From Mizuhopecten yessoensis (taxonomy: Eukaryota), in NCBI RefSeq assembly GCF_002113885.1, contig NW_018405737.1, forward strand, positions 304,970 to 368,969: DNA of 64,000 nt, given 5' to 3'. How positions within the stretch are numbered: position 1 is the first letter of the stretch; each line of letters begins with the position of its first letter. Made by a program: the position numbers and the translations under genes. The notes under the pieces were generated by a model. The model saw only the letters and a program-made list of their open reading frames with translations, was not told where the DNA came from and ran no database searches. Positions 12,573 through 26,561 of the stretch are shown in pieces.

Positions 12573-13907
12573 ATGGACACCCACCTGTTAGATTGTCCGA
12601 TCTGTCTAGAACAGCTGCACCAACCAAAGTCGCTCCCCTGTCTTCATTCTTTCTGCCAGAAATGTCTGTCCACCTTCATCACCAAGGACCCGTCAGAGAA
12701 GATGGCGGCGGCAACCTCCTTTCTGTGTCCTGTTTGTAGGAAGATCACACAACCGGTAAATCTTTCCGAAGGTAAGGAAAAATGGGCCCAACAATTTCCA
12801 ACCAATGGTCTGATTAACAGCCTTGTAAAGGTCACGATTGATGAGCTGAGGTTTTGCAAGCCTTGTGAGAAAAAAGGAAAAATTGGGATTCCTGCATCAG
12901 TGTGGTGTGAAACATTGAACATAATGTTTTGTGATACATGTAAAGTCGATCATCATGATTTGGTTCACGAAGGATGTGAAACGGCTAACTTATCGAAACG
13001 TGCTGAAATAATGCAACGACAAGATCAAGTCAGATGTGGAGAACACACAAAGAGGATGACTTACTTTTGTGAAGACCATCAAAATCTTGGTTGTAGTAGA
13101 TGCATCACCATAAACCACAGACGATGTGATGAAGTGACAACAACACAGGAGTACTATGACAAACTGAAAAGCGACTCAAGACTGGATCACTGGAAGACAT
13201 CACTGCAGAAAACCGTTGAAGCAATCGAGTTACTGATCAAAGAGTTTGACGAGCAACTTCAAATCATGGCGAATGACCAAGCAACCGGATTAGAGAGTTT
13301 AAAGGATCTAAGGCAAAAGATAGACACACGTCTTGACGCCCGACAGAAAAATATCAGTGATAAATTGATATCATTCTACAAAGAAGAGAAAGAGATTCTT
13401 CAGATATCCATTCAGAAATGTAAACGACTGATGTCTACCATTCAAAATACAATCACAATGTCTGGGAATGCGGTTAAAAGCAGTGATAATGTCAGAACGA
13501 TCTTGTTGTATCAGAGAGGTAAAGCGGAATTGGAATCTTATAAAAACATGGTAACAGACATGAAGAAATCGTTTACCTCAGTCAGAATCAAACACATTGT
13601 TGACCCCAGTTTTCTCAGTTTGGATGAGGGCATTTTACTGTCATTGGGAAAAGTCACAATAGAAAAACAACCAAGACGACTGCCTTACGGAACAACTCAT
13701 ATGTTTACTCCATTGCCGGATTGTAGAGTGAAGGAGGCAGGGAAGTTTAATATCAAATCTTCCTCAGACAGCTCAGATTGCTGGGCAAGGGAAGTCCAGT
13801 CTTACGACTATATACGTCATCAAAATAGAGTCCTCAAAATTAACCCTGTTGTCAAAAATACAACTGTCAATCGAAAAGGATATTTGGGGAATTACTCATA
13901 CAGGTGA
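12573..13907 (+). CDS. Residual 444-aa RING-Bbox-coiled-coil ORF of TRIM copy 1
   Basis: Open from MDTHLLDCPIC (gctATGg); C3HC4 RING, B-boxes and coiled coil intact; out-of-frame tail after the deletion. Expression unknown. Confidence 0.5.
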   Translation: MDTHLLDCPICLEQLHQPKSLPCLHSFCQKCLSTFITKDPSEKMAAATSFLCPVCRKITQPVNLSEGKEKWAQQFPTNGLINSLVKVTIDELRFCKPCEKKGKIGIPASVWCETLNIMFCDTCKVDHHDLVHEGCETANLSKRAEIMQRQDQVRCGEHTKRMTYFCEDHQNLGCSRCITINHRRCDEVTTTQEYYDKLKSDSRLDHWKTSLQKTVEAIELLIKEFDEQLQIMANDQATGLESLKDLRQKIDTRLDARQKNISDKLISFYKEEKEILQISIQKCKRLMSTIQNTITMSGNAVKSSDNVRTILLYQRGKAELESYKNMVTDMKKSFTSVRIKHIVDPSFLSLDEGILLSLGKVTIEKQPRRLPYGTTHMFTPLPDCRVKEAGKFNIKSSSDSSDCWAREVQSYDYIRHQNRVLKINPVVKNTTVNRKGYLGNYSYR

Positions 13908-15069
13908 CACATTCTTTGTGAGTTGTGGGAGAAATGTTTACAGCGTTAGTGAGGATGGGAGTACAAAACAAATTCAAACTTACCCGGCTACCTGCTATCA
14001 CCTTGCGTGCAATCTATGGACGCAAGAGATTTATGTTAGTCTGTGCAGCTACAAGAAAGGTACTTTGGCCGTATCCAAACTGTCAGACGGTACATGTACA
14101 TTATGGTGAAGGTCGGTGTCCTGAATTCAACGTACGGCAATTTGTATGTTTGTGAATGGGCTTCAAGCAACGTGGTACAGATATCTACGGACGGAACTCG
14201 CATCAGAGAACTGCTGACAGAATCGGATGGTGTGGACAGGCCCAGGGCAATATCTGTGTGTGGGGACAAATTTGTGGTCACAAACGAATCCCCACAGCAC
14301 AAGAACGAAATAGGCCTATTTCAGCTTTACTGAGCCAAGTGAGTGAGCATTTTGTGAGAAACATATCTTCTGTGCGGACAAGACTAAGATAAGTTTTATG
14401 TTTAGTGACAAAACTACAACATGGCCGGATAAGGTTTCAGTATCCATCCATTGCATGAAAAACAGAAAAGGGAAGTGTAGTGGCATATTGACAGGAAAAG
14501 AATTAAACTGTACCGATGCAGCTGCCTGGGGTATAACAGTTTACTTTGACCGACTTTTAAGGACAAGGTCATATATGGATTATGTTTTTAAGCAAATTCT
14601 TAATACCACAGAGACCTTCGGTGATATTAAACAAGCAGCTATCTGGAATTAAACTAACTAGTCCTACTTTTAATGCAAGGCAAATATGTTAAAAACTTTG
14701 AGACCATTAGTGTGTATGAGCTTGCTAACGATCAACTTTGTTAAAAATCAATTTGTACTTTAAATATCACCAATGAGATATGTCAATAGTGTTGACTAGC
14801 AGGTGCATGATACATGCTTTATGGGTCTTTTGTTTTCGCTGTCATTGCCTTTGTAATTTATAATTATCTCTGAAACAAATGCCGATATTTTATTTGTACA
14901 TTTCAAAAACGTGTATGTCATTGATAACTTGAACATATCATAACCAATTTTGTTCAGGATTTTTTATAGTGGAACTCTCTTTGAAAGGAGGTGTACATGT
15001 CATGTAATACCAAGCTCTCAAAGTGAGGGGCGAGTTGGTGACATAAGCACAAGGCACATTAATAACAAC

Positions 15070-15075
15070 AATAAA
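15070..15075 (+). terminator. Candidate polyadenylation signal, TRIM copy 1
   Basis: AATAAA at the equivalent position in all three 3' regions (15070, 29283, 41595). Confidence 0.45.
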
Positions 15076-15462
15076 AAGCATCGACATTCATTAAGCAGAA
15101 GGTAACAATATCATATTATATAAGTGTTTATCAACCTGCCTCTCTCTGAACCTCGCGTTGTAAGTTTGTCCCTCGGCATTCAACAGTGTTGTCTTGAAGC
15201 TGTGTTGAAATTTAATTATTAAAATCAATTATATAGCGAGTATTAGTTCATTTACGAATTATAGCACTGTGTTTCACATATTTTACTGAAAAAGCGTAAT
15301 ACAATAAGGTTAAAGATAAATAAAAACATTTTGAGTACATACAACCAAGCCCAATGAAGATTTTTCATTATGTCCTTTGGGTTAGGTTTCACAAATTTTT
15401 AAAAAGCTTTTGTGGTTTTTTAATGGTATTTATCACTTTTCAAATAAAAGCTCTTCATCATT

Positions 15463-15997
15463 TTTATACGCCCGTCATATTTGACGGGAGTATTATGGTT
15501 TGTTTGTCCGTCCGTCCGGCCGTCCCGCGTAAACTTTTGCTTGTCCGGCAATCTCCTCCTACATTTTTCGACCGATCTCTTTGAAACGTGGTATACATTA
15601 TAATCATGATATGAAGTTGTCTCTCCCTTAAACGAATTTTGATTGACAACTTTTGCAAAAGTTAGTGCCCTTTGTTTATTTCGGTATTTGATTTTTGTCC
15701 GGAAATCTCCTCCTACATTTTTTAACGGATCTGTTCGATACTTGTTATACATTATAATCATGATATGAAGTTGTGTCTTTCTTAAAAGAATTTTGATTCG
15801 ACGATTTTTGCAAAAGTTATTGCCCTTTGTTCATTTCAGTATTTAATTTTTTGTCCGGAAATTTTCTCCTGCATTTTATATAGCATGTCAGTTAACCACA
15901 CTTAGAATGATGCAGATCTTATTTCCATGTAAGAAAGTATATAACACTATATAGCATTCGACGGGCGTATAGTGTTCCGCCCCGCGGTACTCTTGTT
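15463..15997 (+). mobile_element. Helentron-associated non-autonomous element (HINE)
   Basis: Subterminal IRs tatacgcccgtc / gacgggcgtata, gtcc microsatellite, internal ~150-bp repeats, 3' palindrome then cttgtt; inserted in a T-run that is empty at ~29680. Confidence 0.85.
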
Positions 15998-17925
15998 TAA
16001 GTATAATCATTGTTGATGTTTCCTAAAACAAGTGAATATCAAATAGCATTATGCATATGGCATCCACACCTTTTGTCCCGCTTTCCACTAAAAATATCGG
16101 AAGCAAACATTTTCAGTAAAATATTGTTTTTCGTTTACAAGATATTCATCCATTTTATGTAAATATTTTTACTGTTACACGGTTAAGGTGTCCTTGTAAA
16201 GATAATTTCCTCAATCTTTGAAATAAAACTATAACTGTGTTGATGAAATGTTTGTTGTTTTTCAGTTCTTTGAAGTACTGCTATAGACCAGTTGCACCAA
16301 CAAAACCCTCCTTCACCAACTGCTGATATTAAATGCATGTAAGCATTGGCCACAACTGACTTTAATGGTAAAATATATCAGAAAGGATTGTAATAGCCAT
16401 GTGTTAGAACTTTACTATCTTTTTAACTCACATTTACGTTGTAAAAAAATAGTGTAAACCCTGTTGTCAGTGAAAGACAGTGTATTGAACTGCGTACAGC
16501 AATCATTTATAATGGATGTTAATGTCAACTAGAAATGACATATTCGTGAAGAAACGCGCTTCATGTCGAATATATAGCGATTTGCAATTGGCATACACAT
16601 TGACAATGATTGGCATCATGCTTATGTAAACAATTGCGGTCCGTCTTCATCTGCCGTCGTCTATTTAAAGTTTAACATTTTCGGTTGTTCCTCCAGAACC
16701 AATGAAGAGTTCTTTATCATGTCCTGTCCAAGATAGATACTTTTTGTGCCGATCCGAAAATAAAAGTTATCCGGCTTCTCGTCTGATTATCGGAGACATT
16801 TTCAAACTCTTCTCTTCTAGAACGGCTGCAGTGATCGATGCCAAAGTGAATATTATTTTTCTATATAATTTTACAAAGTGTTGTTACGATCGTGCCAATC
16901 AGAAAACAAACTAGAACGAGTAAAATAAGATAATCTTCTGGCTCGCGCCATTCGCGTGCCGTCGCCTTACTGTCGTTCAAGTTTGACAAGGAACACCTTC
17001 ATGGACAAGGATGAATTGTTCTTTCAATGTGGCATTATCTTTTTTGTGAACAATAATTCATCAAAAATTTAGAGAACTTACCATCGTGCGAATGATAATA
17101 TTACCGAAATGTTAGAATGACACTGCTTCGTCAGAAACAGACTGCTCTAATAGTAATGATTGCTTTCTAGATTAAAACGAATTTTTAAAAACTGCTACAT
17201 TGTATACTATAAGTAAATAGTATGCAAACATATGCAAAGTGACCTAAACTTGAAGAATCTTTTCATAGTATTCTTTTGTCCATGATAATAAGGGGGCCGC
17301 GTTGGCCGAGTGACTGAGGCGTCTGACCGTCTACGATCACTAGCCCCCCATCATATATTTTAAGTGTGCCCATGTAATTCTTTCTTTTGTTCATATTTTA
17401 CCTTAGTTTTATTGGTATTTCGTTCGGATTACTGTTTTGATGACACTTCGGTACTCTTTTATTTTTGATTGTATACAAATATTGTATATTTTCTATCATA
17501 AGTGTCACATCTCTTCGCGATTATTTTTATGACGATTAAAAGTGAATAAGGTAACAGATTTTACTCCAGGTAATTCTTGCTATGAATATTGGAATCAAGT
17601 AGTGAAATTTGCCAAAAATCGTTGTCGCATTTGATTTTGAAATCTGAAGAATTACTAGTAAACTAATCTTTACCAGCCATTTATATCGAAATAAATCTAC
17701 ATCAATATTGTTTTAATCATTAAGAATAACAAAAATACAGCGCCTGTAACACTGAACAGAACATTTTTGCTAGCTTCGTCCGCGATCCATTAATGATAAT
17801 TTACTAAAGAAACATGACATTAATTGTGCAAATTTACTATGTGCATTTTGTGGGGTAAAGAGGTTATTTTGTTTTGTTTTTGGGCAGTAAGGTCTGGGGT
17901 GTTTAATAACTATGTTTAGGATTTT

Positions 17926-18893
17926 ACCGTATTCCTTGTGTTATCGGTTTCCGCGCACTTAAGAAGCAGCCGCGATTTCATACTCATATCGGTAGAAAAC
18001 TGTTGAAATTACGGATGACTGTCAAAGACATGTACACAATCTAATAATGGAAAAAAACTATCAACATAAAACTGTATCTAAAAAAATTAGAACATAACAT
18101 TTCTCCCGTCGGAAGCAGCCGTCATATGTTTCCGTGTGACTATTTTGATTTAGTTTTCAAAGAAAGATAACTCGAATACACTAAAAAGAAATTCTCCACG
18201 GACCGCAATTGTTTACGATCCTCAAATTAATTATCAAAACAAATTTTTAAAAAATTCACATTTTATATTGATTTTTCAATGTGTCAACTTGAACAAATTA
18301 ATGTAATTTTATAAATTTATTTATTTTATTTATTTAGTTAATAATATAATCTGTTGTTTTGGTGCAGTCATACATCTGTTTTGGTTGATGGTAAGTTATT
18401 TCTCATTATATTCTGTTTATAATTGGTGAAAATTGGAAGTTTATTGCATTATATGGCTTACGTTTTATTGCAAACAGTGTTTATCGATATAAGAATCAAT
18501 GTCCCCTTCGCTCTTCGGAAGTGGAAAAAAATTGGCGAGGTGGGTGGCCTCATTTGCATACGACATTTTCGTACGTCAGACTACAAAAAAGACCGGTTCA
18601 TAAATGAAATATATCACTGTTTTTTCGTGAATGGGTTCATTTTGAGCAAGCAAAAAAATGCGTTAAGCAAAACTGAATACTTATGCGTGGTCTTTTTTAA
18701 TCAATGATTAATTCTTATGTCTCCGGACGAACCTCCGGTAAATTTTGTGTCACTTTACAGACGATGGCCAAACGTCTAGAATATCTTTGTGTAGTGTCCA
18801 GCAGGTCACGAAGCTACGAGATATAGCTTGATAAAATGGCTGCGCGGAAATACATAACGCGCGGAAACCTATGACTAGACGACTATATACAAT
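17926..18893. mobile_element. Degenerate Tc1/pogo-like MITE
   Basis: taccgta..ggtttccgcgc at the left and gcgcggaaacc..tacaata at the right; absent from the paralogous units. Confidence 0.45.
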
Positions 18894-19465
18894 ATATTTG
18901 TATTTTTTCTCCAGGTGAAAAATGCGAAAATCTGAATTTTCTGATATAAAATGCTGTGCTGGCATAAGCTTACATCTAAGTGTCAATCCGTGCAGTTTAC
19001 TGTAATCATTTAAATAACTTCGGGAAACAAAGACGTAAAATGTTTCAACACACATAATAAAATCCAGTAACTGTTCATATTTGAATTAATCGTCACTTTT
19101 TTATGTTGCTTAAAGTGTCCTATCGTTCATTAAACAGACAACTTTTATCATTAACAATATTGAATTAGGACCTAAATAACCATCAATCAATATATAGAAT
19201 TTGTTACAATTTCCGGATTAATTCTAACCCGTCGTTTCGGTTTTTTATTAGAATGTTATGCTGATAACAAGGGTATGGTACACGTACTGTACTGCCAGAG
19301 TTTACAAATGAAATGTACGTCACTGTCGACTTAACTCGGATTTGGTGGTGAGTATCAGATTAAGTTTGGTATCAGTCTACTGTGAAAATAGTAAACGATA
19401 TGTATATACCGATGATGTCTCACTAAAACACTAGCAAAAGTCCTGTATAGTAGCCAGGCCTGTAT

Positions 19466-19482
19466 GAACCGAAATCGAAAGT
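19466..19482 (+). promoter_or_regulatory. ISRE/IRF-E-like element, TRIM copy 2
   Basis: GAACCGAAATCGAAAGT matches GAAANNGAAA; conserved at 33751-33762. Confidence 0.45.
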
Positions 19483-20070
19483 ACTTTATAATATTGTTAA
19501 AAGGGATGGTTACTATTTTGAATAGTTCATATTTTAATGCATTCATTTAAAGAACTAACCACGGACTGTATGCGTGTGACTGGATAAATCTGTCGGCGCT
19601 CGATACCGCAGTGATAGCTAAATATAGAAATTGACATTTTTGCAAACGCAAGTTTCCGGCAAAGTGTACGTATACATTTAATCAGGTCGTCGTCGATTAA
19701 AGGGAAAAAAAGAAAACAAATAAGATAATGAACGTAATTTGAAAAATGAATGTGAACTCAACCACCTTATAACTGATCACAATTTCGCAACTGTATAGAA
19801 GCAGGGGAAATAACTCTTACTGGTAAATTATGAAATATTGATAGACACTGGCACCCAAATGAGGCTCAAAGTTATGTACCACAGCATGCACACTTGCATG
19901 TTGAATGTCTACAAGAAGGAAGAAATACTGTAAAGTTTCAATATTTTTTAAACATTCTCAATTTATATTAGACATTGAAGATGTATTCTGAGTATTCATT
20001 TCTATTGCATGATAAGAGCAGGAAGATATAAAGTATATTTGTGTAATATTTATAATGGTTAATGACTAAA

Positions 20071-23000
20071 AGGACAGTACAACTAAAGGATGTATATAAT
20101 TGAACAGTACAAATATACTACGTACATAATTTGACAGTACAACTACAGTGTGTATATAATGTGACAGTACAACTATAGTATATATATAATTTGACAGTAC
20201 AACTATAGTATTATATAATTTGACATTACAACTACAGTGTGTATATAATTTGACAGTGCAACTACAGTGTGCATATTATTCGACAGTTCAACTACAGTGT
20301 GTAAATAATTTGACAGTACAACTACAGTATGTATATAATTCGACAGTGCAACTACAGTGTGTATATTATTTGACATTGCAACTGCAGTGTGTATATAATT
20401 TGACATTACAACTTTGGTATGTATATAATTTGACAGTACAAGTATATAATTTGACAGTACAACTACCGTCGGTATATGATTGACAGTACAACTACAGCCT
20501 GTATATAATTTGACAGTACAACTAAAGTGTGTAAATAACTTGACATAACAACTACAGTGTGCATAAAATTTGACAGTACAACTACAGTGTGTATAAAAGT
20601 ACAGCTACAGTGTGCATATTATTTGACAGTTCAACTACAGTGTGTAAATAATTTGACAGTACAACTACAGTATGTATATGATTTGACAGTACAACTACAG
20701 TCGGTATATTATTGACAGTACAACTACAGACTGTATATAATTTGACAGTACAACTAAAGTGTGTAAATAACTTGACATAACAACTACAGTGTGCATAAAA
20801 TTTGACAGTACAACTACAGTGTGCATAAAATTTGACAGTACAACTACAGTGTATATATAATTTGACAGTGCAACTACATTGAGTATATAATTTGACAGTA
20901 CAACTACCGTCGGTATATGATTGACAGTACAACTGCAGACTGTATATAATTTGACAGTACAACTATGATATGTATATAAATTGACATTACAACTACAGTA
21001 TGTATATACTTTGACAGCACAACTATAGTATATATATAATTTGACAGTACAACTGTAGTATGTATATAATTTGACAGTACCACTACAGTATGTATATAAT
21101 TTGACAGTACAACTGCAATGTGTATATAATTTGCCAGTGCAACTACAGTGTGTATATAATTTGATGGTACAACTATAATATATATATAATTTGACAGTAC
21201 AACTGTAGTATGTATATAATTTGACAGTACCACTTTATTCTGTATATAATTATAGTGTGTATATAATTTGACAGTACAAGTATATAATTTGACAGTACAA
21301 CTACAGTGTCTATATAACTTGACATTACAACTACAGTGTGTATATAATTTGATGGTACAACTATAATATATATATAATTTGACAGTACAACTGCAATGTG
21401 TATATAATTTGCCAGTGCAACTACAGTGTGTATATAATTTGATAGTGCAACTACAGTGTGTATATAATTTGATAGTGCAACTACAGTGTGTATATAATTT
21501 GATGGTACAACTATAATATATATATAATTTGACAGTACAACTGCAATGTGTATATAATTTGCCAGTGCAACTACAGTGTGTATATAATTTGATAGTGCAA
21601 CTACAGTGTGTATATAATTTGATGGTACAACTATAATATATATATAATTTGACAGTACAACTACAGTGTGTATATACTTTGACACAGTCGGTATATAATT
21701 GAACATTACACCTAAAGTATGTATATAATTTGACAGTACAACTACAGTATGTATATAATTTGACAGTACAACTACAGTCGGTATATGATTGACAGTACAA
21801 CTACAGACTGTATATAATTTGACAGTACAACTATGATATGTATATAACTTGACATTACAACTACAGTATGTATATACTTTGACAGTACAACTATAGTATA
21901 TATATAATTTGACAGTACAACTACAGTGTGTATATAATTTGACAGTACAACTACAGTCGGTATATAATTGACAGTACAACTACAGACTGTATATAATTTG
22001 ACATTACAACTATAATATGTATATAACTTGACATTACAACTACAGTATGTATATACTTTGACAGTACAACTATAGTTTATATATAATTTGACAGTACAAC
22101 TGCAGTGTGTATATTATTTGACAGTACAACTACAGTCGGTATATAATTGAACATTACACCTAAAGTATGTATATAATTTGACAGTACAACTATATTATGT
22201 ATATAATTTGACAGTACCACTTTATTCTGTATATAATTTGACAGTGCAACTACAGTGTGCATATTATTCGACAGTTCAACTACAGTGTGTAAATGATTTG
22301 ACAGTACAACTACAGTGTGTATATACTTTGACATTACAACATAGTATTATATAATTTGACAGTACAGCTACAGTGTGTATATAATTTGACAGTACAACTA
22401 CAGTGTGTATAAAATTTGACAGTGCAACTACAGTGTGTATATAATTTGACAGTGCAACTACAGTGTGTATATAATTTGACAGTACAACTACAGTGTGTAT
22501 ATAATTTGACAGTACAACTACAGTGTGTATATAATTTGACAGTACAACTACAGTGTGTATATAATTTGACAGTACAACTACAGTGTGTATATAATTTGAC
22601 AGTACAACTACAGTGTGTATATAATTTGACAGTACAACTACAGTGTGTATATAATTTGACAGTACAACTACAGTGTGTATATAATTTGACAGTACAACTA
22701 CAGTGTGTATATAATTTGACAGTACAACTACAGTGTGTATATAATTTGACAGTACAACTACAGTGTGTATATAATTTGACAGTACAACTACAGTGTGTAT
22801 ATAATTTGACAGTACAACTACAGTGTGTATATAATTTGACAGTACAACTACAGTGTGTATATAATTTGACAGTACAACTACAGTGTGTATATAATTTGAC
22901 AGTACAACTACAGTGTGTATATAATTTGACAGTACAACTACAGTGTGTATATAATTTGACAGTGCAACTACAGTGTGTATATAATTTGACAGTACAACTA

Positions 23001-26000
23001 CAGTGTGTATATAATTTGACAGTACAACTACAGTGTGTATATAATTTGACAGTACAACTACAGTGTGTATATAATTTGACAGTGCAACTACAGTGTGTAT
23101 ATAATTTGACAGTACAACTACAGTGTGTATATAATTTGACAGTACAACTACAGTGTGTATATAATTTGACAGTACAACTACAGTGTGTATATAATTTGAC
23201 AGTACAACTACAGTGTGTATATAATTTGACAGTACAACTACAGTGTGTATATAATTTGACAGTACAACTACAGTGTGTATATAATTTGACAGTACAACTA
23301 CAGTGTGTATATAATTTGACAGTACAACTACAGTGTGTATATAATTTGACAGTGCAACTACAGTGTGTATATAATTTGACAGTACAACTACAGTGTGTAT
23401 ATAATTTGACAGTACAACTACAGTGTGTATATAATTTGACAGTACAACTACAGTGTGTATATAATTTGACAGTACAACTACAGTGTGTATATAATTTGAC
23501 AGTACAACTACAGTGTGTATATAATTTGACAGTACAACTACAGTGTGTATATAATTTGACAGTACAACTACAGTGTGTATATAATTTGACAGTACAACTA
23601 CAGTGTGTATATAATTTGACAGTGCAACTACAGTGTGTATATAATTTGACAGTGCAACTACAGTGTGTATATAATTTGACAGTACAACTACAGTGTGTAT
23701 ATAATTTGACAGTACAACTACAGTGTGTATATAATTTGACAGTACAACTACAGTGTGTATATAATTTGACAGTACAACTACAGTGTGTATATAATTTGAC
23801 AGTACAACTACAGTGTGTATATAATTTGACAGTACAACTACAGTGTGTATATAATTTGACAGTACAACTACAGTGTGTATATAATTTGACAGTACAACTA
23901 CAGTGTGTATATAATTTGACAGTACAACTACAGTGTGTATATAATTTGACAGTACAACTACAGTGTGTATATAATTTGACAGTACAACTACAGTGTGTAT
24001 ATAATTTGACAGTGCAACTACAGTGTGTATATAATTTGACAGTACAACTACAGTGTGTATATAATTTGACAGTACAACTACAGTGTGTATATAATTTGAC
24101 AGTACAACTACAGTGTGTATATAATTTGACAGTACAACTACAGTGTGTATATAATTTGACAGTACAACTACAGTGTGTATATAATTTGACAGTACAACTA
24201 CAGTGTGTATATAATTTGACAGTACAACTACAGTGTGTATATAATTTGACAGTACAACTACAGTGTGTATATAATTTGACAGTACAACTACAGTGTGTAT
24301 ATAATTTGACAGTACAACTACAGTGTGTATATAATTTGACAGTACAACTACAGTGTGTATATAATTTGACAGTACAACTACAGTGTGTATATAATTTGAC
24401 AGTACAACTACAGTGTGTATATAATTTGACAGTACAACTACAGTGTGTATATAATTTGACAGTACAACTACAGTGTGTATATAATTTGACAGTACAACTA
24501 CAGTGTGTATATAATTTGACATTACAACTATAGTGTGTATATAATTTGACAGTACAACTACAGTGTGTATATAATTTGACAGTGCAACTACAGTGTGTAT
24601 ATAATTTGACAGTACAACTACAGTGTGTATATAATTTGACAGTACAACTACAGTGTATATAATTTGACAGTGAAACTACAGTGTGTATATAATTTGACAG
24701 TACAACTACAGTGTGTATATAACTTGATATTACAGCTACAGTGTGCATAAAATTTGACAGTACAACTACAGTGTGTATATAATTTGACAGTACACCTGCA
24801 GTGTGTATATAATTTGATAGTGCAACTACGGTGTGTATATAATTTGACATTACAGCTACAGTCGGTATATAATTGAACATTACACCTAAAGTATTATATA
24901 ATTTGACATTACAACTATAGTATGTATATAATTTGACAGTACAACTACAATGTGTATATAATTTGACAGTACAACTACAGTGTGTATATAATTTGACAGT
25001 GCAACTACAGTGTGTATATAATTTGACAGTACAACTACATTGTGTATATAACTTGACAGTACAACTACAGTGTGTATATATTTTGACAGTACAATAACAG
25101 TGTGTATATAATTTGACAGTACAACTTTAGTATGTATATAAGTTAACAATACAACTGCAGCCTGCCTATTATTTGACAGTACAACTACAGTGTGTATATA
25201 ATTTGACAGTACAACTACATTGTGTATATAACTTGACATTACAACTACAATGTGTATATATTTTGACAGTACAATAACAGTGTGTATATAATTTGAAAGT
25301 ACAACTTTAGTATGTATATAAGTTGACAGTACAACTGCAGCCTGCCTATTATTTGACAGTACAACAAGAGTATGTATATAATTTGACAGTTTAACTACAG
25401 TGTGTTTATTATTTGACAGTTCAACTACAGTGTTTATATTATTTTACAGTTCAACTACATAGTGTAAATTATATGACCGTTCAACTAGAGCTTGTTTATA
25501 ATTTGACAGTTCAACTAGAGTCTGTCAATTATAGACGGGGCAATTAGAGGCCGTAGATAAATTGAACAGTACAGCCACAGTCTGTATATAATTGACAGCA
25601 CAACTAGAGTGTGTATATTATTTTATAGTACAAATAGACAGAGCATGTTTATGTTTTGACAGTTCACCTAGAGTTTGTATATAATTTGTAAGTACAACTA
25701 CAGTCTCTATATAATTTTAAAATACAACTAGATAAAGTATGTTTATACGTTGGCAGTTCAACTACTGTATGTATATTATTTGACATTGCAACACGATTGT
25801 GTATTTTATCTAACTTAACAACTCGAGTCTGTTTGTAATTGACAGTACAACTAAAGTATGTTTATAATTTGACAGTACACTTAGGGGCTGTAAATAAACT
25901 AGAAGCTTTATATAATTTTATACAAAAAATAGATCGAGTATGTTTATAATTTGACAGTACACCTATAGTCTGTGTATAACTTGACAGTTCAACTACAGTC

Positions 26001-26190
26001 TGTATATAATTGAACATTACACCTAAAGTATGTATATAATTTGACAGTACAACTATATTATGTATATAATTTGACAGTACAACTTCATTCTGTATATAAT
26101 TTGACGGTACAACTACAGTGTGCATATTATTTGATAGTTCAACTTGAGTCTGTATACACTTTTACAGTACAACTACAGTTTGTATATATT
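20071..26190. repeat. 30-bp satellite (tttgacagtacaactacagtgtgtatataa), ~200 copies
   Basis: Near-perfect core ~22350-24655 with degenerate flanks. Confidence 0.98.
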
Positions 26191-26561
26191 CATTTACCGA
26201 TACCAATATTAAGTATTAAGTGGTCATTTGAGGTCATCTGAACATTCCTTGAAGTTCGACTAAAGTTCTACACGTACGACATTAATATTGGAGTGTTAAA
26301 ACACTAGTGTGTACATTTTAAACAGTCACTTTGATAAAAAGGAGCCCTGCCAATGAAAATACGTAATTAAAATATGAAAAACAAAATACCCAAAAAGTAT
26401 GACCAGGATTTATTCGTGGAGTAAAGATGTAAATACAAACATACAGATTTTCATTTTTCCTGCGTATTTCACTTTTATTTACCGATATGGAACTTTAAGT
26501 GGTACTCCCTGTCACGTGTTTCACTTTATATATTTACAGAATAGATCAACATCAGCTCATC

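Larger units (their letters stand above)
10613..14333 (+). pseudogene. TRIM-type E3 ligase copy 1, disrupted (transposon in codon 8; frameshifts in propeller)
   Basis: ATG 10613 (MAEGGSP) after the conserved acceptor tttacag; CDS resumes at 12544; ~158-bp deletion at ~13795, 1-bp deletion at ~14101 and 21-bp deletion at ~14133 relative to copy 2; ends in LFQLY*. Confidence 0.85.

Noticed and set aside
20203-26241. Long ORFs (705-848 aa) on both strands
   Set aside because: Translations of a 30-bp satellite lacking stops; open in several frames; no unique coding sequence
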